The notes beneath the pieces are model-generated. The model did no database searches, was not told the DNA's origin, and saw only the letters and a program-made list of their open reading frames with translations. A stretch of 64,000 nt of DNA from contig JAYVTZ010000013.1 in assembly GCA_043788365.1 (NCBI GenBank), positions 11,071 to 75,070 of the forward strand, read 5' to 3'. Positions 58,456 through 64,000 of this stretch are shown here, piece by piece (position 1 is the first letter of the stretch; each line of letters begins with the position of its first letter). Both the position numbers and the translations under genes were made by a program. Source of the DNA: Burkholderiaceae bacterium. GTDB lineage: Bacteria > Patescibacteriota > Saccharimonadia > Saccharimonadales > AQU-01.

Positions 58456-59010
58456 ATGAAGCCAAAGGGGAATTACGCATTTATAGATAGTCAAAATCTA
58501 AATCTAGGTACCCAGAAAATGGGTTGGAAGATGGACTGGCGCAAATTTCGGATTATGTTACGTGAAAAGTACGGAGTCACTAAAGCATATATGTTCATTG
58601 GTCATATGCCAGAATTTGAGGACATGTATATGCAAATGCACGACCTCGGTTATTTGGTAGTTTTAAAGCCAACCCAAAATCTAAATAAGCCGATAGTTGA
58701 AAAGCCAGTAGTTGCCGGTGCCGAGCCAGAAGAGAAGAAGCCGATTAAGGGAAACATCGATGCCGATCTAGTGCTTTGGACTATGCGTGAAATCAATGAT
58801 TATGATAAGGCTATTATCGTGTCTGGTGATGGTGATTTTTACGGTCTAATTGAGTACTTAGTTGAGCAAAAAAAGCTATTGCATATTATGGCACCGAACT
58901 GGCAATACTCTAGTTTGCTTAAGAATTTTGAAGATTACATCGTCAGAATTGACCAGCTGAAGCGCGAGCTTGCATATTTTTCGCACAAGCGAAGTGTTCA
59001 GAAAAAATAG
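58456..59010 (+). CDS. NYN/LabA-like domain protein
   Basis: YAFIDSQNLNLG and IIVSGDGDFYGLIEYL. Confidence 0.7.
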   Translation: MKPKGNYAFIDSQNLNLGTQKMGWKMDWRKFRIMLREKYGVTKAYMFIGHMPEFEDMYMQMHDLGYLVVLKPTQNLNKPIVEKPVVAGAEPEEKKPIKGNIDADLVLWTMREINDYDKAIIVSGDGDFYGLIEYLVEQKKLLHIMAPNWQYSSLLKNFEDYIVRIDQLKRELAYFSHKRSVQKK

Positions 59011-59150
59011 CTTCAAAAGCTAATTTTGACCGAACATCTGCCCTAAGGTTGCGCAATGGTCTGCTCGTTTATGATAAAATAGTAGGCCATAGCAAAGTTT
59101 GAATTGATAATCCAAGAAGTTTGTGGAAACAGGGAAGAGTAAACGAATAA

Positions 59151-60701
59151 ATGACTCAAGACGAAGCCTTAGCAATATTAGAGTCGGGCACTTCTGTACT
59201 ATTAACTGGCGCAGCTGGCGCAGGTAAAACACATACCCTGAATAAGTTTATTCAGCGTTCCAAGCGGGCCGGCAAGAATGTTGCAGTTACGGCCACAACC
59301 GGCCTGGCCGCTACTCATCTGAATGGCACGACACTGCATGCCTGGTCTGGCATAGGTGTTCACGACGAATTACCACACGAGTTTTTCAAGCGTATGAGTA
59401 AACAGCGACGTGATCTAATCACAAAGGCTGATATTTTGGTAATTGACGAGATTAGTATGCTCCACGATTTTCGTCTGGATATTGTTGAAGAAGTTACTCG
59501 GCGGATTCGTGAAATTGACCAGCCATTTGGTGGCCTACAGGTTGTCATGAGTGGTGACTTCTATCAGCTACCGCCAATAAACCGTGGCGACTCACGTCAA
59601 GGTGGTTTTGTTACGTTTTCAAAAGCATGGCACAACGAAATATTTGAAGTTTGCTACTTGTTGGAGCAGCATCGTCAAAAAACTGATCAAGAATACACTG
59701 ATATTTTAAACGGTATTCGAGTGGGGGTATTGCGCCAAAGCCAGATTGATAGATTGAAGTCAAGCAGCGACACAATACATGATCCGTGGCTTTCCATGAC
59801 TAGATTGCTAACGACTAATGCCGACGTCGACACCATAAACTTACGTCAATTAGCTAAGCTTGAAGGCGACTCAAAGCAATTTGTGATGTCGTCGTCAGGT
59901 GGCAAAAAGTATGTTGAACAGTTGAAGCGATCGTGTTTAGCGCCGGAGCTGCTCGAACTTAAAGTCGGCGCTATCATAATGTGTATCAAAAACAGCCAAG
60001 ACAAAAAATATGTTAACGGTAGTTTGGGTGTTGTTGAAGATTTCGACGGCGATAGCGGCTATCCAGTCGTAAAACTAATCAATGGCCGTACGCTAACAAT
60101 TAAGCCTGATACTTGGGAGCTTATTGATGGTGATAAGCGCCGGGCCCAGATTACCCAACTACCGCTCAGATTGGCATGGGCGATAACGGTCCACAAAAGT
60201 CAGGGTATGACACTTGATGCGGCCAGAATTGATCTTAGCAATGCGTTTGTAGAAGGCATGGGCTATGTAGCTTTATCACGGGTCCGCGGACTCGAACATC
60301 TGATACTCGATGGCCTTAATGGTATGGCTCTGCGAGTTAGTCCTGTGGCTAGGCGGATCGATGAGGAGTTGCGTAGTAAAAGTGAAGAGGCACTTGAAAG
60401 ACACAAGAGTCTGATAAATATCTGGAGAGAGGCCGAAAAATCGAGACCCAAAATTAGCGCTCGGCCTAAATCTAAACCCGAGCCAGCTGCAGGTGCCTGG
60501 ACAGAAAAACTCGAAAAAATGCGTGAAGTTTACCCCAATGCCTATCGCCCTTGGACCGAGAAAGATGATGCTAAACTCAGACAGCAGTTTGACGCAGGTG
60601 CAGGTCTATCGACCCTTACTTCTAGTTTTGGTCGCCACCCAGGCTCTATCAAATCACGGTTGAAGAAGCACTATGGTGACGATTTTAGCTTTAAAGCTTA
60701 A
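59151..60701 (+). CDS. Pif1/RecD-like SF1 helicase with a C-terminal helical (HTH-like) tail
   Basis: TGAAGAGKTH (Walker A), VIDEISML, SGDFYQLPPI, AITVHKSQG. Confidence 0.8.
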   Translation: MTQDEALAILESGTSVLLTGAAGAGKTHTLNKFIQRSKRAGKNVAVTATTGLAATHLNGTTLHAWSGIGVHDELPHEFFKRMSKQRRDLITKADILVIDEISMLHDFRLDIVEEVTRRIREIDQPFGGLQVVMSGDFYQLPPINRGDSRQGGFVTFSKAWHNEIFEVCYLLEQHRQKTDQEYTDILNGIRVGVLRQSQIDRLKSSSDTIHDPWLSMTRLLTTNADVDTINLRQLAKLEGDSKQFVMSSSGGKKYVEQLKRSCLAPELLELKVGAIIMCIKNSQDKKYVNGSLGVVEDFDGDSGYPVVKLINGRTLTIKPDTWELIDGDKRRAQITQLPLRLAWAITVHKSQGMTLDAARIDLSNAFVEGMGYVALSRVRGLEHLILDGLNGMALRVSPVARRIDEELRSKSEEALERHKSLINIWREAEKSRPKISARPKSKPEPAAGAWTEKLEKMREVYPNAYRPWTEKDDAKLRQQFDAGAGLSTLTSSFGRHPGSIKSRLKKHYGDDFSFKA

Positions 60702-60720
60702 TCGTATACAATTAATAGTG

Positions 60721-61980
60721 ATGGAATCCAAAAAACAAAGAAAAACAATCTTCCCGAAAGACTTCCTTTGGGGTGCAAGCACGGCTAGCCATCAAGTCGA
60801 AGGCGGCAATTATAATCAGTGGACTGTTTGGGAATTAGAGAATGCTAAACGACTGGCGAGTACTGCACAAAAAAGACTTGGCTGGATGCCGTCGTGGGAC
60901 TTAGTCGAGAAAAGAGCCACCAGCCCGAGTAATTACGTGTCAGGTGAGGGTATTGATCATTATCATCGCTATGAGCATGATTTTGATATAGCCGAGAAGC
61001 TGAACATTAATTCATTACGCTTCGGTATTGAATGGTCGCGCCTAGAGCCAGAAATGGGTAAATGGGATAACGAACAAATCATCCATTACAAAAAGTATAT
61101 TAAAGCCATGACTACCAAGGGTATGACACCAGTGCTTAATCTTTGGCACTGGACGCTACCAACTTGGTTTAGCGATAATGGCGGCTTCAAGAACCGTGCT
61201 AATTTGGTCTACTGGCAGGGCTTTGTCCAAAAAGTTGCCGATGAACTATTGACTGACATCGACTACGTGATTACGCTGAACGAGCCTAATGTTTATGCTA
61301 GCTTTGGCTATCTCAACGGCGAGTGGCCACCTCAGGAAAAGAATCTCATCAGCATGGCCCGGGTCTATTGGAATTTAACCCGCGCCCATAAGCAAGCCTA
61401 TGCCATCGTCAAAGCTAAAAATCCAAAAATCCAAATTGGTATCGCTGCCCAACTAGCTAATATTCAAGCCAAGCGGCCACACAATATGATTGATTCAGTC
61501 GTGACTAAAATAATGCGGTATGTATGGAACTGGTGGTTTTTGCATCGTATTAACAATCAGCAAGACTTCGTCGGCTTTAACTATTATTTTACCGATTATT
61601 ACAAAGGCTTTAAACGGGCTAATCCGGCCGTCCCGGTCAATGATCTCGGCTGGTACATGGAACCAGAAGGAATTTATCCTTTGTTGCTAAGAGTTTGGTC
61701 CAGATTTAAAAAACCGATTATGATTGCCGAGAATGGCACGGCTGACGAAGGCGACGAATACAGGCAGTGGTGGATCGGCGAAACCATCGTTGCCATGGAG
61801 CGGGCGATTAGTGAAGGTGTCGATGTTATTGGCTATTTCCACTGGAGTCTACTTGATAATTTTGAGTGGGCCTATGGTTGGTGGCCAAAATTTGGTCTAA
61901 TTGCAGTTGATAGAAATACAATGAAGCGACAAGTTCGTAAAAGTGCGCTTTGGTATGCCGAGCAGATAATTAAAAGATAA
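60721..61980 (+). CDS. GH1 family beta-glucosidase
   Basis: FLWGASTASHQVEGG, TLNEPN (acid/base Glu), IAENG (nucleophile Glu). ATG 60721 lies 8 nt after TACAAT (60707-60712). Confidence 0.85.
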   Translation: MESKKQRKTIFPKDFLWGASTASHQVEGGNYNQWTVWELENAKRLASTAQKRLGWMPSWDLVEKRATSPSNYVSGEGIDHYHRYEHDFDIAEKLNINSLRFGIEWSRLEPEMGKWDNEQIIHYKKYIKAMTTKGMTPVLNLWHWTLPTWFSDNGGFKNRANLVYWQGFVQKVADELLTDIDYVITLNEPNVYASFGYLNGEWPPQEKNLISMARVYWNLTRAHKQAYAIVKAKNPKIQIGIAAQLANIQAKRPHNMIDSVVTKIMRYVWNWWFLHRINNQQDFVGFNYYFTDYYKGFKRANPAVPVNDLGWYMEPEGIYPLLLRVWSRFKKPIMIAENGTADEGDEYRQWWIGETIVAMERAISEGVDVIGYFHWSLLDNFEWAYGWWPKFGLIAVDRNTMKRQVRKSALWYAEQIIKR

Positions 61981-62192
61981 TTGGTTGAGATAAGCACTTC
62001 TAGTACTGTAGTATTTGTTATTTTCGCAAATCCGTGACCAACGGTTGCCGCTCAAATTCCTAACATTGTCTAAAGTAATATAGCGTTATACAAGAAGTAG
62101 TTCACACCATATATTGTGTTTTTAGTGCATAATTATCAAACTGTGGATAAGTAATTACAGAATGGGTAATTTCTATCAATAAAGTACTTGTA

Positions 62193-62229
62193 GTGGGTGC
62201 ACGTGGGTAGTATATTCATGTTAGTGGGT
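62193..62229 (+). promoter_or_regulatory. candidate MraZ operator overlapping the mraZ promoter
   Basis: GTGGGT at 62193, 62203 and 62224 (10- and 21-bp spacing) flank TAGTATATT (62208-62216). Confidence 0.55.
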
Positions 62230-62302
62230 CAACGTAGAAAGACCAAAATAGTCTGACTACTACAAAAATAAAAACCACTAGTACACGGGGCAAGAGGGAT
62301 CA

Positions 62303-62668
62303 ATGGCCAATTTAGATTACTTCGAACGCAAGTTAGATGACAAACGTCGTCTGACTGTGCCGACCGAACTTCGATCGGTATTTGCAGACGGAGCAGTCAT
62401 GACCAGAGGATTCGGTAACTACCTCCACCTTTATCCCAAAAAGGTCTGGGACACACTGGTTGAGCCAAAGCTCGAAGGAGATATCCTTGATGAGCGCATA
62501 GCTGACCTGAATGTTCAATTCCGAATGGGTAAAGTCGAGTCAAATCTAGACGGCAAGCAAGGCCGTATCACAATAGAGCAACACCTTCTTGATTACGCTA
62601 ACATCGATCGTGATGTTGTAGCAGTCGGTGTTGGTAGGTATTGGCGTATCATGGCCGCCGAGAAATAG
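62303..62668 (+). CDS. mraZ: transcriptional regulator MraZ (short form)
   Basis: LDDKRRLTVPTELR and LDGKQGRITIEQHL give two SpoVT/AbrB-like DxxxR repeats. Confidence 0.8.
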   Translation: MANLDYFERKLDDKRRLTVPTELRSVFADGAVMTRGFGNYLHLYPKKVWDTLVEPKLEGDILDERIADLNVQFRMGKVESNLDGKQGRITIEQHLLDYANIDRDVVAVGVGRYWRIMAAEK

Positions 62669-62800
62669 TTTCGGTGAAGGTCCAAGTTCATTAACAAATT
62701 AGTAGCTCGTAGTTAGAAACTCGTAGCTAGTATATAAGCAGTTGTCAAAAGTAGTGACTCGTTAGACGAGTAACTAGTAGCTAGATACGAAATACTATCA
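62669..62800 (+). repeat. CTAG-rich intergenic element, copy D
   Basis: AGTAGCTCGTAGTTAGAAACTCGTAGCTAG and TAACTAGTAGCTAGATACGAAATACT (62771-62796). Confidence 0.5.
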
Positions 62801-63079
62801 GAGGTCAGCTATTTGGCAGTCAACAAGTGGCAATAAAAAGGCACCACTCTAAAAACCTTCGCACCTTACTTAAAAAAACACCTCCCAAAACTCCACCTCA
62901 CACAAAAAGTCTCTCAAAACTTTTGACACTAACCAGTAAAGGAAATTCTAAGGGTTCTACCCGCAGAACGTCTCTTACATACAAGTGCTAGTGTCATACA
63001 ACAAAAACAAAAACAACAAAAAAACAAAAATGTTGGCTGCTGATTAGGTGACCTTGCAAAAATAAAAACAAAAACAAAA

Positions 63080-64000
63080 ATGCAAACAAGTACACCAAAA
63101 AACCAAACCATGACTGATGAATCATACGACGAGTCAGTTTTACCCGTATCTCCGTTAGGAGGGCCGGGTGATCATACCCCAGTTCTACTGAAGGAAGTTC
63201 TTTATTACCTGGACCCGAAATCTGGAGATAGCTATCTAGATTTGACGGCTGGTTATGGAGGACATGCCGAAGTAGTGCTAGGTCGCACCTTAAATGGTCC
63301 AGCGGTATTAGTAGATCGTGATATAAATGCGGTTGAACATCTCATGGCAAGATTTAAGCAGGACAGTGTGTCGATTAGACACGCCGATTTCTTAAGTGTA
63401 AGCATTGATTTAATTAAACAAAATCAAGCTTTTGATCTAATTTTGGCAGACCTAGGCGTATCGTCACCGCACCTTAACATTGGAAGCCGAGGATTCTCCA
63501 TTAGCAGCAATGGACCGCTTGATATGCGGATGAATCAAAGTCAAAAACTGACAGCTGATATGATCGTAAATGGTTATAAGGAGTCAGAATTGGCCAAGAT
63601 AATTTTGCGCTACGGCGAAGAACCAAAAGCTTTCAAAATAGCACGTAAAATCGTGCAAAACCGGCCACTGCACACAACCCATGATCTAGCAGCGGTTGTT
63701 GCAAGGGCAGTGACCAGTAAGAGCAAAGTTCATCCGGCAACAAGAGTCTTCCAGGCTCTGCGCATAGCGGTAAATGACGAACTCGAACAAATCGAGCAAG
63801 CCATACCAATATGGGTGGAACTACTTAAGCCCGGTGGCCGACTGGTTATTATCAGTTTTCATAGTTTAGAAGATCGCTTAGTCAAGCGGAAGTTTTCTGA
63901 ACTCGGTGATAACACCTATGACGCAACGCTCAAGATCCTGACCAAAAAACCGGTTGTTGCGGATAGTAAAGAATTAGTTTTCAATCCACGTGCGCGAAGT
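63080..64000 (+). CDS. rsmH: 16S rRNA m4C1402 methyltransferase RsmH (3' end beyond the window)
   Basis: Not in the ORF track because no stop lies in the window. HTPVLLKEVLYYL, DLTAGYGGH, LADLGVSSPHL, ISFHSLEDR, NPRARS. The start is ATG 63080 or the in-frame ATG 63110. Confidence 0.85.
   Translation, partial: MQTSTPKNQTMTDESYDESVLPVSPLGGPGDHTPVLLKEVLYYLDPKSGDSYLDLTAGYGGHAEVVLGRTLNGPAVLVDRDINAVEHLMARFKQDSVSIRHADFLSVSIDLIKQNQAFDLILADLGVSSPHLNIGSRGFSISSNGPLDMRMNQSQKLTADMIVNGYKESELAKIILRYGEEPKAFKIARKIVQNRPLHTTHDLAAVVARAVTSKSKVHPATRVFQALRIAVNDELEQIEQAIPIWVELLKPGGRLVIISFHSLEDRLVKRKFSELGDNTYDATLKILTKKPVVADSKELVFNPRARS

Noticed and set aside
62929-63111. 60-aa minus-strand ORF (MVWFFGVLVCIFVFVFIF...)
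   Set aside because: It is the reverse-frame translation of the low-complexity A/C-rich tract (poly-Phe/Cys/Val). It has no start context and overlaps the rsmH start.
1-64000. tRNA, rRNA, tmRNA, RNase P RNA or CRISPR arrays
   Set aside because: I scanned all intergenic gaps longer than about 100 nt for T-arm-like GTTCGAATC/GGTTCRA motifs, the RNase P GGAAAGTCCGG box, the tmRNA ends and short direct repeats. I found none. A tRNAscan/Infernal run is still needed to be sure.

Overview
Gene-dense window of about 70 CDS, mostly on the plus strand. It reads like core chromosome of a small-genome, monoderm-type CPR/Patescibacteria bacterium, most likely Saccharibacteria. That placement is inferred from gene content and order only: rpmE-prfA, rpsB-tsf-frr-rseP, proS, greA, class I lysK, serS-hpf-secA, prfB, ftsEX plus a PcsB-like CHAP hydrolase plus ctpA, pyrG, rpmA, xseAB, recO, glyQS, rnhA, mraZ-rsmH. 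I found no rRNA, tRNA or CRISPR array. The genetic code looks standard: TGA ends several genes and both RF1 and RF2 are present.

Observations beyond routine annotation:
1. A heliorhodopsin (20338-21234) sits directly after msrA. It has Asp at the position I recall as the Glu counterion and a long basic N-terminal tail.
2. A complete NOX/ferric-reductase-type enzyme (13100-14467) heads a same-strand cluster of five exported proteins. Two of these are paralogues with 1 versus 7 two-Cys Ig-like repeats and a shared cytochrome-b5-like C-terminal domain. This may be a transmembrane electron-export module.
3. A ~240-nt highly structured repeat with conserved ends and a covarying core occurs as inverted pairs. 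One pair brackets a low-GC restriction-modification island (29128-33343). The other brackets a 0.9-kb cassette with a 73-aa membrane ORF (38058-38968).
4. A second, CTAG-rich, MITE-like intergenic repeat family has four copies.
5. The S41 protease gene ctpA has no in-frame ATG, GTG or TTG for about 180 codons of clearly coding sequence, which implies a non-canonical start next to a GGAGG.
6. At least 16 genes have an extended -10 box 6-9 nt upstream of the start codon, suggesting leaderless mRNAs.
7. A histidine-kinase-like / receiver pair lacks both phospho-acceptor residues.
8. Smaller items: a 165-nt structured leader before rpmA, a membrane-anchored Clp/Hsp100-like ATPase, a SipW/TasA-like pair, and GTGGGT MraZ boxes followed by an odd A/C-rich mraZ-rsmH spacer.

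All functional calls come from motif recognition by eye. No database search or folding program was available, so families are named with that caveat.
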